A stretch of DNA of 63,863 bases, counting the filler, from Thraustochytrium aureum (lineage: Eukaryota), in NCBI GenBank assembly GCA_012862495.1. It is 5 parts of 3 records of this genome, joined end to end, with 100 filler letters (N's around TTAATTAATTAA, not from the genome) between each part and the next. Parts side by side here need not be neighbours in the genome. Positions count along the whole stretch, not along the records: positions 23,174 to 47,095 come from BLSG01000089.1; positions 47,196 to 57,415 come from BLSG01000091.1; positions 57,516 to 61,931 come from BLSG01000091.1; 2 more parts are not named here. One strand, written 5' to 3'. Made by a program: the position numbers and the translations under genes. This document shows, piece by piece, positions 46,601-59,019 of this stretch. The notes beneath the pieces are model-generated. The model had not been told where the DNA came from. It worked only from the letters and a program-made list of their open reading frames with translations, and ran no database searches. The first letter of the stretch is position 1. Each line of letters opens with the position of its first letter.

Positions 46601-47001
46601 CCGCTCCCACTGCTGCCGCTGCTTTCGCTCTCCTCCTCTTCGACCTCTTCGCTTTGATCGTCGCTCTCGCTGCCTGCCTGATCGCGAACCATCTGGAGAA
46701 GCCTCTGGCGCAGGAGCAGGGCCTGCTCGCGCGGCAACCCCTTGAGCTTCTCCTCCAACCTCGATCTCTCACTCGCGACCGCCGTTGTCACGCGCGAAGG
46801 CGAGCCATTGGCCGCCCCCGCGCTGACTGTCGCGCTGCCATTTACGGCTCGCGCTGTCGTTCCGCTACGCGCCGCTTGAGCGTCGTGCGCTTGAGCGGCG
46901 TGCGCTTGAGCGACGCGCGCCTTGAGCGGCGTGCGCTTGAGCGACGCGCGCCTTCGCGCTCCCTCGCGGAGCCCACTGGTCCTCTCGTTCCGCCGAGGCA
47001 C
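43641..47001 (-). CDS. Nup153/Nup1-like FG nucleoporin with two RanBP2 zinc fingers; frameshifted, both ends uncertain
   Basis: MWKCDVCMVKNKN(A/V)WDKCASCEAPRP twice, then many FSFG/FTFG/FNFG repeats; the N-terminal region has AERILRTLGRMSTPL. Confidence 0.85.
46874..46952. repeat. Tandem repeat of 15-16 bp units (GCTTGAGCG core), about 5 copies
   Basis: GCTTGAGCGTCGTGC GCTTGAGCGGCGTGC GCTTGAGCGACGCGCG..., in the nucleoporin 5' region. Confidence 0.8.
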
Positions 47002-47139
47002 TCGACACAGTCAAAGTGACATCGGCTTGCACTTCGGCACGCCGTGGGCTCGCCGCGTGCTCGGGCTTCGCTGCGCATTCGCGGGCGACGTTGGCNNNNN
47101 NNNNNNNNNNNNNNNNNNNNNNNNNNNNNNNNNNNNNNN

Positions 47140-47151
47140 TTAATTAATTAA
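47140..47151. other. Artificial scaffold-joining linker TTAATTAATTAA
   Basis: Same N-flanked six-frame-stop linker. Confidence 0.97.
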
Positions 47152-47995
47152 NNNNNNNNNNNNNNNNNNNNNNNNNNNNNNNNNNNNNNNNNNNNGCTGG
47201 TTTTTGTCTTGTGTTGTTGTGCGCGGGAATGACGGACTCGTGGATGGATGTGCGCGGGAATGCCATGGTCCACAACGAGTACTACTTTCAATGCGCGCGA
47301 CGTGCTGGTCGATGTCGGCCACGTGGCAAGCGCGCATGCATGCGCGCGAGCGAGCGAGCGTGCGTGGCAGTCGCTGTTCGGTGGCTCGCGTGGCTGCTAC
47401 AGGCTTGCGGTTGGCTGCGGGTTGTTGGTCATGCAGGGATGAATGAACGCGTTGAGCGTCGCGGGTGGCTGGGTCGGGGCTTGTTGCCTCGCTGAAACGA
47501 CTTCTGGCGGCGCGAATGGATTCGTGCCCGGCGTGTAGAAGACAGCGCAGGGGCCTTGAAACGGTCGCTGGCAAGGCCCGCCCTGGCGCACATGCACATG
47601 ATCCTCCCCGAGCGCCCGCCTTACGCTGGCAGCCAGCCTCGCCTCGCGCCCCCGGTCCCCACCCCCACGTCGCCAAGCGCCGCTGGTCCGCGGCGCGCCA
47701 AAGTCGCTCGCTCGGCGCAGGTCGCACGAGGCCGAGGAGGCGTGTTGATTGAAAGAAAAGGAAGAGAGACGCAGCCAGAACGAACGAACGCCAAGGAGGC
47801 CACGTCAGTGAGCTCGGGCGCAGGCAGGCTCGCAGACGCGCTGGCAGGCAGGCTGGCTGGCAGGAGCGCAGTGGGCGGCACACGCGAGGTTTTCGAGACA
47901 GGCGCGCCCGCCGTCGTTGGCGCTCGCCTCGGGGCGGCGCTGATTTATCTGCGGGATCCAAAGAAAGAGTCGACCGGCGAGTCGGCGACCTCGCG

Positions 47996-48935
47996 ATGGG
48001 CAAGGCGCTGGCCCGCATTGGGCAAGGGGCCGCCGGGGCAGTGGGCGGCGCCGTGGTCGGGGNNNNNNNNNNNNNNNNNNNNNNNNNNNNNNNNNNNNNN
48101 NNNNNNNNNNNNNNNNNNNNNNNNNNNNNNNNNNNNNNNNNNNNNNNNNNNNNNNNNNNNNNNNNNNNNNNNNNNNNNNNNNNNNNNNNNNNNNNNNNNN
48201 NNNNNNNNNNNNNNNNNNNNNNNNNNNNNNNNNNNNNNNNNNNNNNNNNNNNNNNNNNNNNNNNNNNNNNNNNNNNATCAGCGTGAAGGGTTTTTTGCCA
48301 TCTTGTTCGGGTGCTCGCTGCTCTTCATGGGCTGCCTGATCCTGTACAGGGTCAACGCGCTGAGCTGGCACGGGGCAGGGGGCCCACCCGTAGACGGCGC
48401 GCGGAGCAAGTCGCTGTCGACGTACTTTGTGATGTTATTTGCGTGCCTGGTGATCACGGCAGGACTGTTTTGCTTTTTCCTCGAGAAGGACTGGTTCAAG
48501 TTCATCTCGCCGCCCGTCAAGGTCCCTATGTACACGCTGCTCGGCGTTGCACTGTGGTTCGCGCTGACCTTTTCGATCATGGACCTTTTCAACTTTATGG
48601 GCCAATACTTTGTGGCCAAGATCTCCAAGGGGCGCCGTTTGTGGCAGCCAATCGTGTCAACTCCGACACAGATCAGCGTCGTCCTCGTCGCCGCCGTGCT
48701 GCTCGGCATTTTCTTCGGGATCGTGTTTGGGACCCTGGACGTCGAGGACCATGCAGACGGAGGCTTGCAAACGGACTTGCAATACACAATCCCGGTTGGC
48801 GCACTCGCGTGTGCGGTTGTTGGGGCTGTCAATCAGGCATACCTCCGGCCAAACCTGTACGCGCCAAGCTTTGGGGATACCATGGACGCAGAGTACACGC
48901 CGCGGGGCAAGGCAGCCTACGATGATGGGATTTAG
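47996..48935 (+). CDS. Multi-pass membrane protein of unknown function (gap in N-terminal part)
   Basis: At least five hydrophobic helices after the gap (FFAILFGCSLLFMGCLILY; YFVMLFACLVITAGLFCFF; KVPMYTLLGVALWFALTFSIMDLFN; ISVVLVAAVLLGIFFGIVFGTLDVED; IPVGALACAVVGAV). Tentative ATG at 47996. Confidence 0.75.
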
Positions 48936-49224
48936 GTCAGTGTCGCCGCGGGGTGCTGGCCACCCGCGCCGCTTGCTAGCAACACGAGGCTAGCCCCTGG
49001 GACGGCGCGGCAAGGCCATAAACTGGTCAATCGGTGCGGTTGGTGGGCTACTGCGCTACACTAAACTGATCTACTTGTTACTTGTTAGCCCTACCCGCCC
49101 GACCCCAGAGCTACTGGCCCCGAGGAGAGCCACCGTCGAGCGCTTGATCGCGAGCCCCGCGCAGGGGCGGGCCCGCCTCCAGAGGCCCTTCGGCGCTCTC
49201 GGGCCCGCCGAATCTGCACGCTGG

Positions 49225-50959
49225 TCAGCCCCTGCCTGCGCGTCGAGCCGCGCGCTGCAGCAGGGGCGCCGCAAACCCCGACATCACAACCACGTACGCC
49301 GCGACCTGCGCGGGCCTCACCGGAAGCGCCAGTGCGAGGACACCAAGAGGGAACAGCAGCGCAGCGGGCTCGCCGTCAAAGCGGCCGCCGACGACGTCAT
49401 CCAAGCACATGGCAAAGAACGCGCTGTGTCCAGGAGGTCGAGGGCGGCGTTTCGTGCCACCTTGGAAAGCCGCGCCAGCAGCGGAGGGGTCTCGCCCAAG
49501 GCAGAGCACACGGCCCCCGTGCCTAGCCAAAGCGTCGCGGCGCCGATCACCACCGCAGCAGCAGGGACACGCGCGAGGAGGATGAGACCAAACGCGACTT
49601 GCACGAGCGCGAAGAACACGCCCGAAACTACAGGATCGCTCCAGAGCAGCAGGGCTCTCGTCGAGTCCCGGACAACGAGATCGTCCAGCCGTGGGTGTGC
49701 GGGCCCAGAGCCCCAGACGAGCTCCGCCGCAGCGGCCGGCCCTTGGAGCGCCTCTTGGTTGCCCGTTTCGAACTCTGCGAGGGCGATGGCGGCTGCCCGG
49801 ACTGCTCTGCGCCGTCGCCCGGGCTATCGTGCGTTGGTGCGCCCGGCCCGTCGCCGAGGCAGCCAGCGACCGGAGGCGCGCTGTACGGTGAGCCGGTTAC
49901 CTGCGCAGCATGGTAGGCAGCAACGTCGCAGAGCATGGACCGCGAATCTTGCAGCGCTTTGTCTGCCACGAGCGTGTCTGTGAGGAGAAACCAGTTGGCG
50001 CCCTCCCCGCCGAGGTCGACGGGCAGAGTGGCGGCCTGAATGCCGTGCTCGCTCAGTGAGGCGTGAATCTTGGGCAGGTCGGAGCCGAGCATGTTGATTT
50101 TGAGCAGCGTATCGGGCTCGATCCAGGGCTTGACAGCACGAAAGCATCCCTTAAAAATGAGCGGATAGTTTATCAGGAAGAGCCGCTTGACGCCTTCGGG
50201 GTAGTGCTTGGCCCATAGCTTGAAGAGCCTGCTGAGTCCGTAGTTGTAAGCGATGCGGTATGCGCGCATGCTGAGCCCTCCAAAGTCGAATATGATGTTG
50301 GTCATGCACGGCGCCTCCATGGCCCGCAGCCGCTCCTGCAAAAACTCCTGGTGAAAAGTCATGTAGTCGAGCAGCGTGTCTTTCGAGATTGTCTTGCTGG
50401 CCAACTCCCAGTCGCACTCGCGCAGGCGGACCAGCACGACCGCAAAGCCCTCTGCGTCCTTGCCCAAGAGCCGCATTGGCCACACCTTGGCGCGAAACAA
50501 ACCAAGGTGCGGCATGGGCCTGCCGAGGGCCCCGTCCACCTGGGCAGCGTGGCGCCACGAAACGTGCTGGGCCACTGACTCTGCGATTAGCTTGGTGCGC
50601 GCGCGCTGGCCGGACTCGTACATCGACCCGCGCACAAAGCGCACCCAGACGTCCTCCTCCACGTCGGCGCTGGTCTCTACATCAAAGCTGGACAGCAGCT
50701 CGGACACAACGTGCCTCGCAAGTTCCCACTCGGCGCGCTCCTCCGCCGTGGCCGGCTCACAAAACGGTCTTCTCGGCCCCAGGTACACGCTGGCGAGGTT
50801 CCGCGAAGCGCGCTTCGACATGCGCTGGGACACGCGCAGCGCCGAGCGCCGGGCGCTCGCGCGCTCGCGCTCCTTGGCCTCATCCGCGTTGCTGCTTGCA
50901 GTGCTGCTCGCCGTGCCGGACTTGAGGCCTGCAAGCGCGACACGAACTGACCTGCGCAT
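49225..50959 (-). CDS. CRAL-TRIO/Sec14-like lipid-binding protein, probably with frameshifted C-terminal TM helices
   Basis: WVRFVRG...HVSWR, LLGKDAEGFAVVLVR, NIIFDFGGLSM, KHYPEGVKRLFLINYPLIFKGCFRAVKPWIEPDTLLKINMLG, LPVDLGG. Hydrophobic ORF pieces at 49317..49619 and 49225..49530 follow. Confidence 0.8.
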
Positions 50960-51878
50960 GCGGCTGGCGACCTCGGCCTCGTGTTGGGGCGCCAGCTTGG
51001 CGGCCTCCGCTCCGCCTGGCCCCTGCGCGCGTCAGTCTGGCGAGCCCCGCTCTTTCAGCAATCGATACTGCTGAGCAGGGGGGGTGGTGGGTGTCCGCTC
51101 GGCAGCCGTGAGAACTTTCTCGCAGTGCGCGGGCGGCCGTCCCGCCGCTCACCGCGCCGTGCCGTCCCGCCGCTCACCGCGCCGTGCCGTCCCGTGCTCC
51201 TCCGCAGCCGCCTCCCGCCGCGCGCGACTCGCGCTGCTTTGCCACGCGAGCCAGCTGCCTGCCACTTCGGCGAAAAGCCAGCTTCGACCAGCTCCAGCTG
51301 CGCAAGTGCGAGGGAGGGAGCGCGTGGCCGCAGTCCGCCGAGTCAAAAACCTNNNNNNNNNNNNNNNNNNNNNNNNNNNNNNNNNNNNNNNNNNNNNNNN
51401 NNNNNNNNNNNNNNNNNNNNNNNNNNNNNNNNNNNNNNNNNNNNNNNNNNNNNNNNNNNNNNNNNNNNNNNNNNNNNNNNNNNNNNNNNNNNNNNNNNNN
51501 NNNNNNNNNNNNNNNNNNNNNNNNNNNNNNNNNNNNNNNNNNNNNNNNNNNNNNNNNNNNNNNNNNNNNNNNNNNNNNNNNNNNNNNNNNNNNNNNNNNN
51601 NNNNNNNNNNNNNNNNNNNNNNNNNNNNNNNNNNNNNNNNNNNNNNNNNNNNNNNNNNNNNNNNNNNNNNNNNNNNNNNNNNNNNNNNNNNNNNNNNNNN
51701 NNNNNNNNNNNNNNNNNNNNNNNNNNNNNNNNNNNNNNNNNNNNNNNNNNNNNNNNNNNNNNNNNNNNNNNNNNNNNNNNNNNNNNNNNNNNNNNNNNNN
51801 NNNNNNNNNNNNNNNNNNNNNNNNNNNNNNNNNNNNNNNNNNNNNNNNNNNNNNNNNNNNNNNNNNNNNNNNNNNNNN

Positions 51879-53898
51879 CGGTGGCGTCGTGGCAGGCGTG
51901 GTAGTAGGGCGCTTCGTTGGCATTTTCGTTGGTGCTTTCGTTGTCGGGCGCGGGGTTGGCGCTTTCGTCGTCGGGCGTGGGGTTGGCGCCTTGGTTGATT
52001 GTTCGACTGGATTTGAAACCGGCGAGCTGCTCGGTTGCTGGGTGGGTTGCTTGGTCGGTTGCTTGGTCGGTTGCTTGGTCGGTTGCTTGGTCGGTTGTTT
52101 GGTGGGTTGCTTGGTGGGTTGCTTGGTGGGTTGCTTGGTGGGTTGCTTGGTGGGTTGCTTGGTGGGTGCTTGGTGGGTTCGTGATCGGGCACCGTGAAAG
52201 AGCTTGACCCGATGGTAGTTTGCTGGCCCTCCAGTGCAGCGAATACAGCACCCTGTGCCATCCTGATCATGAGCGACGGAATGCCGATCGTGCTTTCTCC
52301 GGAAAACGACGGCGGGAACGGCTTTCCATCGACATTTTGCATGAAGATGACAAAGATGGCGCCCTGTTTCTCAGCGTTGGCAACCTTTGCATGGAACGTG
52401 CAGTCGCCGCGCTCGATGAGCACAATGCGCCCGCTAAAGTCTTCGTTCGTCGAACTGCACAGCTTTTTGTTGACTCGGGCAACCGCGAGCGGGCCATAGA
52501 CGAGTTTGTCAGTGGGCGGTCTGGGGCCGAAAACGCTCAGGAAAAAGTCCTGCGTGCAAACGTCGCCAACGCAGACTTGGTTAGCGCCGAGAGTTGGCGA
52601 AGTCGTCGGTCTTGGAGTGGAGATAGTCGGAGGCAGGGACGGCCGCGTGGTCTGGGCCAGCAGGTTGGGGCGAGTTCTTGGGGTCATTAATCTTGTCCGG
52701 GGACCGCAATGCGGAAGAGCTCTGCTTGGGCTGCATCGCGGTCCATGTTGTGCTTTTCGAGGAGCGTGGCAGCGATGCCAGCGACGTGCGGGGTTGCCAT
52801 CGAGGTGCCCGAAATGGTGTTGACGGCGTTCGGCTCGCCCTTCCAGGCAGACCGGATGCTGGACCCGGGCGCAAAGATGTCGACGCACGCGCCGTGGTTG
52901 CTAAACCCCGAGCGGCTGTCTCCCTGCGTGGACGACGCGACCGTAATGACGCCGCCCAGCTTCCCACTCCCGCCCGCCCCGGCGGGGGAGGAGCCGCAGG
53001 CGTCCTTGTCGTCGTTTCCAGCGGCCACGACGACGATCATCCCAGCACGGACGGCGTCCTGCACCTTGAGGTTGATGGCGCTGGTGGAGGGGGCTCCGAG
53101 CGACATGGAAAAGACGGCGGGCTGGCCAGGAAAGTTGGTGGTCTGATGCTGGATGGCCCAGTCTACCCCCTTGACCACGTTGGAGCTGGATCCGGACCCC
53201 CCGCCGGTGAGAACCTTGACGCCGTACACGTGCGCCTCACGAGCAATGCCGTACGTGGACCCCGCCGCAGTGCCCGAGCAGTGCGTGCCGTGGCCGTGCA
53301 TGTCGTTTTGGTCGGCTTCATTGACAAAGTCGCCGCCGAAGAAACTGCGCCCAGTAAACTCTTGGTGGTTGAGGTTGATGCCAGTGTCAATGACGTAGAT
53401 GTTGACGCCCTTGCCAGTGTGCGACGTGGTGAAGTCGACGCTTTGGCTCAGCGGCAGGTCTTCCTGGTCGACACGGTTGAGACCCCAGCTTGCTGGGTCG
53501 GCTCCCGCGGCGAAGACGGCCAGGTCGGCGCTGATATCGAGGATCCCGTCGATGGACTCGCGCACGATCTCGACGAACGACTCTGTGCCAGTGAACTTGA
53601 CCACGCACGTCAGATTTGTGGTGATGGGTGTGCTGGTTTCGACTCGGTCGCTCCCGCGGATTCCCATGGTGTTGACTTCACGGAGCTCGGTGATCGCCTG
53701 GCTGGCCTCCAGGCAGCGGGCGTTGTCGCCCTCGAGGACGGCGAGCCACGAGTTTTCTACTTGGAGTCCATACTTTGTCAAGACCATGCCAGAGACGGAG
53801 ACAACGCCTTCCTCGTTGATCATGGCGGCGGCAGGCCTGACCACGGCGGCGGCGGCGGCGGCGGCCACCATCACGGTTGCGGCCCTGACTTGAACCAT
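51879..53898 (-). CDS. Secreted subtilisin (S8A, proteinase K-like) followed by a PA domain and Pro/Thr repeat stalk; frameshifts near 52690 and 52170-52195, 3' end in gap
   Basis: SWGLNRVDQ; catalytic triad motifs IYVIDTG, HGHGTHCSG, SGTSMATPHVAG; oxyanion VVAAGN; PA motif FSGRIVLIERGDCTFHAKVANAEKQGAIFVIF...IPSLMI. Confidence 0.95.
52033..52179. repeat. 12-bp tandem repeat (GGTTGCTTGGTS), about 12 copies, encoding PTKQ on the minus strand
   Basis: Directly visible; one unit near 52167 lacks a base. Confidence 0.92.
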
Positions 53899-55407
53899 CT
53901 TGTTGCTGCTGCTTCTTGCTGCTCTCTCTACTCGAGCTACTCTAGTTTGCGCCCAGCTTGCGTGGAATGCTTGTCCGACAAGCTGCTGAGGTCTCCGCGT
54001 TCGGGGTCTGCAATCGGTCGCCGCGCTGTCGGATGCTGATCGGCGCAGGGGTGGTTCATTCAGGTCTGCGCTCGCGATGCGAAGTAAACGCGGAGTCGAC
54101 GCGGCAAGTTTACAGGCATTTTAGTCGCGTGGCCGCGGCCTTGAAAGACTTTGCAAGGCGCCGGGAATCAGGGGCAAAGTTCCTTAGTTTGAGAGGCACA
54201 GGTGCCAGATACGACAGCCCTTCGTCAAATTCNNNNNNNNNNNNNNNNNNNNNNNNNNNNNNNNNNNNNNNNNNNNNNNNNNNNNNNNNNNNNNNNNNNN
54301 NNNNNNNNNNNNNNNNNNNNNNNNNNNNNNNNNNNNNNNNNNNNNNNNNNNNNNNNNNNNNNNNNNNNNNNNNNNNNNNNNNNNNNNNNNNNNNNNNNNN
54401 NNNNNNNNNNNNNNNNNNNNNNNNNNNNNNNNNNNNNNNNNNNNNNNNNNNNNNNNNNNNNNNNNNNNNNNNNNNNNNNNNNNNNNNNNNNNNNNNNNNN
54501 NNNNNNNNNNNNNNNNNNNNNNNNNNNNNNNNNNNNNNNNNNNNAGTCCGCGCCGGCGCTTTTCCCACCGCGCCGAGGTTCACGTCGTGGGCCAGTCAAA
54601 CTAGCAACTTGCACAAAGGACACGCCAACCCCAACGAATCGCCGACTTGGTGGATTCAGGGACTTGTCGCATCTCTATGAAATTGTATCTCGGCTGCCGC
54701 AGCGCGCTGCTCGAGCTTTCGCACGAGCAGATTGAGCAGGTGGGTCAGTGCGGTCGGATAGTTGCCCCCAACGGCTATCTTCAGAAAACCAGGAGGTCAA
54801 CGGATTGATGCCTGGCGACGGCGTGGAGGGTTCAAAACTCGCCCCCGACCTCTGATGGGACCTTCGCGATGGCGCTGCTTTGCGGCGCGGGGCGTTCAGC
54901 AAAAAGTACGCAGGAAAAACACGGCCGGGAAATGTTGACAGCAAGAGCGGGGCTGAGGGGGGTGGCTTGGAAACTGCTTTTCCATTGGAAACCGCCAAGT
55001 TGCTTGCAGCGGGTCGACCGCGTTGGCAGCTGCCGACACCCACCGACACCGCCCTCGGGTGCGGTTCTCGCGAACTGAACACTGTTCGATGTCTCATTCC
55101 CAAACCAACCAGACGCACCAGACCGCTGCCAGAATCCGCAGCAGCTGACGAACCCCGCCATGCATGGTGTAAGCTGGGCTGCGGACTGCAATGTTCTGCT
55201 CGGCTTTCCCAACGATGGGCGAGACGCGGTTTGAGGTCTGGGTCTCGCAGTGGCTCTGCTCTGGAAACGCGTTGCGCTCTGCCGTGCTCGTGTTGCATCG
55301 CGCCTTCAAGGTGCCCTTGCAGGGCGAACCCCCACTCGCCACGGCTTTGTTGTGCAGCGTGGAGAGCGCGCGAAAGGCAACGCTGTGCTGCCAGCTCGCA
55401 CAACTAG

Positions 55408-56530
55408 CCCGACTGGCGTGAAGACGACTTTATGGTCGCCGACCCCCGCGGGTACGTGGAGGTCGTGCGCAAGCTTGCGGAGCCCATCGACGAGTCCAAG
55501 ATTCACTTTGAGACACGCGTCGTGGAGATCGACTCGCGGAACAACAAGCACGTCATTGTGCGCGCAAAGGGGCCCAACGGTGACGATGTTGTGTACCAGG
55601 CCAANNNNNNNNNNNNNNNNNNNNNNNNNNNNNNNNNNNNNNNNNNNNNNNNNNNNNNNNNNNNNNNNNNNNNNNNNNNNNNNNNNNNNNNNNNNNNNNN
55701 NNNNNNNNNNNNNNNNNNNNNNNNNNNNNNNNNNNNNNNNNNNNNNNNNNNNNNNNNNNNNNNNNNNNNNNNNNNNNNNNNNNNNNNNNNNNNNNNNNNN
55801 NNNNNNNNNNNNNNNNNNNNNNNNNNNNNNNNNNNNNNNNNNNNNNNNNNNNNNNNNNNNNNNNNNNNNNNNNNNNNNNNNNNNNNNNNNNNNNNNNNNN
55901 NNNNNNNNNNNNNNNNNNNNNNNNNNNNNNNNNNNNNNNNNNNNNNNNNNNNNNNNNNNNNNNNNNNNNNNNNNNNNNNNNNNNNNNNNNNNNNNNNNNN
56001 NNNNNNNNNNNNNNNNNNNNNNNNNNNNNNNNNNNNNNNNNNNNNNNNNNNNNNNNNNNNNNNNNNNNNNNNNNNNNNNNNNNNNNNNNNNNNNNNNNNN
56101 NNNNNNNNNNNNNNNNNNNNNNNNNNNNNNNNNNNNGGCTGAGCCTGTAGGCAGGGTTTATTTCGCTGGCGAAGCGACAGACCCAATCCACTTTTCCTCG
56201 GCGCACGGGGCACTCGCCAGCGGCCGGCGCGCTGCCACCGAGGTCACGATGTCAGAAACGGGGCCAGCCCCGAGTCCGTCTGCAGCGGCGTCCGCGCCCC
56301 GCTCGGCAGGACCCGTTGGGTTGATTTGTCGTCTCTTGGTTTGGTGGTACTTGTGCGGCGATCAGCTCGGTTGCAAAACAGGAAGGATCCTGGGCGGTGA
56401 GATCGGCCCGAGAATCCCCAGCTGGCCGTCGATGGTCTCGGGCAGTGCTTTCTTCTTTTGCGAATGCAGCGCAGTTCTCCTTCAGAAGCCTCTACCGGTC
56501 CTCCACCGCTGTCCAAGCCTAACTAATTAA
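55408..56530 (+). CDS. Flavin amine oxidase (polyamine oxidase-like), C-terminal half with internal gap
   Basis: EDDFMVADPRGYVEVVRKLAE..KIHFETRVVEID before the gap and EPVGRVYFAGEATDPIHFSSAHGALASGRRAATEV after it. Upstream exons not identified; 3' end uncertain. Confidence 0.8.
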
Positions 56531-57459
56531 CGGGACGGCTTGCAACAGCGGCCGCGGTACTCTTTCGACAGCCATGGTCTTGCCCTTTCTCAAAAGTTGG
56601 GTGGATGAGGTTGACGAAGAACAGGCAGCACGTTGAATCTGCGGCGAGCGTGTCAACCCAGGCCGCTCTAGTAGTCGGACTGCCTACTCTAGCTAGCTCG
56701 CTCAGTCGTGAGTAGCGTCAATCGAAAACGGCGTGAAGGTCTTGCCGTCAAGGGCCTCGTGAGCTGCGTGTCACTCGTTTTGGCCAGCTCCACGGAGTGC
56801 CGCAGCACGCCCGACACTCCTCGCGAGCAAGGTCTGCAGTTGTACTTCCGGGGCAGGGCCAGCTTCAGGAGCAGCAGAACCGTCGAGGGGAGAAAAGCGT
56901 TCGCCGCAAGCAAGGCGCAGATTCTTGAACGTCGCCAACGGCTACATGCGTCGTGAAGCGAGTTGCAGTCGCAAAGAGCAATCCATGCGCGCCGCTGCTC
57001 CTCGTCGAACACTGTAGACCGCCGATCGCTCCTCAACAAGCCCCTCGCTGCCTCCTCAACCAAGACGTCAGCCACGGGCCGCCTCCGTTGACTCCAACGC
57101 GGTCGCCGCACTTCAGTGCCATCCCAACCTTGCAAAACTCCACTTCAATCGGGCTCAGATCACAACGCTCTGAACATTCCAGCCTGCACCAGCTTGACGA
57201 CCATGCGCAAGGAGTCGGGCCGCCAGTGCAGCAGGGCACTAGCTAGGTACTACATCGCTGCGTTGTTCGCGCCTGGCCGGCCGCCGACCACGTTGCGCGA
57301 GGCTCGAGCTGACTATCTCGCGCGCAATTGCGCTGTGTTCCGTTAAGGATATGTATTGCGAAAACGGCACGCGACGGTGCTACCAGACGCGGCGTAGTCA
57401 CGCTGTACGGTACGCNNNNNNNNNNNNNNNNNNNNNNNNNNNNNNNNNNNNNNNNNNNN

Positions 57460-57471
57460 TTAATTAATTAA
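57460..57471. other. Artificial scaffold-joining linker TTAATTAATTAA
   Basis: Same N-flanked six-frame-stop linker. Confidence 0.97.
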
Positions 57472-57578
57472 NNNNNNNNNNNNNNNNNNNNNNNNNNNNN
57501 NNNNNNNNNNNNNNNGAGGAAGCAGGGCACATCCCGCCGTGGACGCGACATTGTGACAAAGTTTCGAGCACAGAACTG

Positions 57579-59019
57579 TCACACCCGTGCGGCTGGCAGT
57601 TTGAACGCCGATTTGGCATTTGAAACATCATCCAGTGGGATGCCGAATTCGTCGCGCTCGGCCTTGTCGATGGCCGTCACTCTCTCCAGGCTTTTCGCTG
57701 TGTCCACTCGAATTTGAGCAAGAGCTTGGCGTCGATCCTCGTCGTCCATAGACTCAAGAGGAACGCTTGCGTTCTTCTGCAGAAGTAGCTCCGAAATCGT
57801 GCCCTCCTCTGCCTCAAGTTTGCGTTTCATAGTCTCTTCCCACGTTTGCAGTTTGGCCTTTTTCCTTTCCGCGTCTTCGTGGGCCTCGATCTTGCGTTTT
57901 TTGAACTCCAGATCGAGCTCGGCTCCGCGTCTTTCGAGGTCTTGTTGGAGCTCCACTATGCGCCTTTTGATCTCGTTGTCAAGCTCCAACCTTCGCCGCT
58001 CGAGCTCCTTGTCGATCGTGAGATTTTGGCTGGTCACATCGCGATCGACCTTGGCGCCCTCCTCCCTCACAGTTTTGGCAATCCTCTCTCGGTAGTTCGG
58101 GAACTGGTCCTTGTACCACAACGCTGTAGCGCGTATCTCGCGACGCGTCTCACGGCACTCCTCTAGAGTTCCGGACGACTTGATGACTGCGGCTCTGTCG
58201 AGTTCTGGGCCGTGTGCGTCGATCCTCTCGCTGATTGACGTCCAGTTCGAATGTTGCGCGCTTGAAACACCCGAGTCGCCCTCGCCGCAGCTGTCGCGAG
58301 ACCCTGGAGGCTGAGCCGGCGGGTCGTGAGGCACCAGGTCGGTCGATGAGACACGCTGAACCTCGCTTTCGGCGCGCGCGTATCTAAAAGGACGCTGCGC
58401 CTCCACGCCTCGACCACGCGCCATCCCAATCCTTGGGTCGCGCTGCTCAGCGCGCTTCATAAAGCCAAGGTACCACTGTTGCGTTAGACCTTTTTTGCAT
58501 ACGCGCATGCAAGGCTGGGTCCTCGTCCGTGACGAACGCTTTTAGCGGCTTTTAATGAGCGCCTCGTGATCCAACGTAGCCCCGAGCTCAAGCATCTTCA
58601 CCATGTACTCGCGCAAAACTCGCTCTTGATCATCATTGAGGATAGGTCTGCGTCCTGTGCCCGAGGATGTCCTTCCCGTCGCCCGCCTGAAGATTGTCGT
58701 GGGCGTGATGTTGGTGCCTGTATCCCGCAAAGTCCGTGCCACCTTGGCGTTTGTGCCAAAGGACTCGCGAAGGAATTTGATGAGTGCGTTGGACTCGATG
58801 GCCGCGCGTGCTTGCTTGATTTTGACGCGGTTCGCCTCGTTCCGCTGAAGGCGGGATTGAAGGTCTTCTTTCTTACGCTCATATTGCTCCTCCTCGTCCT
58901 TCCTGTTCTCCAGCGTCGTCAGGAGACGCTCCAGCTTGTTCCGTAGCCTCTTGTTCCCTTGCTCTCGGCCGTCCAGCCCTTTCAGGCCGTCCCCAGCCAC
59001 TTGCGCCGCGAAAAGCAGC
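57579..59019 (-). CDS. Coiled-coil protein containing a pogo/Tc5/CENP-B-type HTH DNA-binding module, no DDE domain visible (5' in gap; in-frame TAA at 58542-58544)
   Basis: KVARTLRDTGTNITPTTIFRRATG then GRRPILNDDQERVLREYMVKMLELGATLDHEALIK...GLTQQWYLGFMKR, flanked by charged coiled coils. Confidence 0.65.

Noticed and set aside
54545..55400. Expected N-terminal FAD-binding exons of the amine oxidase
   Set aside because: I found no GxGxxG or RxGGR motif in the frames examined; left unannotated.
56531..57415. Possible gene or transposon end near the scaffold terminus
   Set aside because: Only short ORFs without motifs, and no terminal inverted repeat partner is visible.
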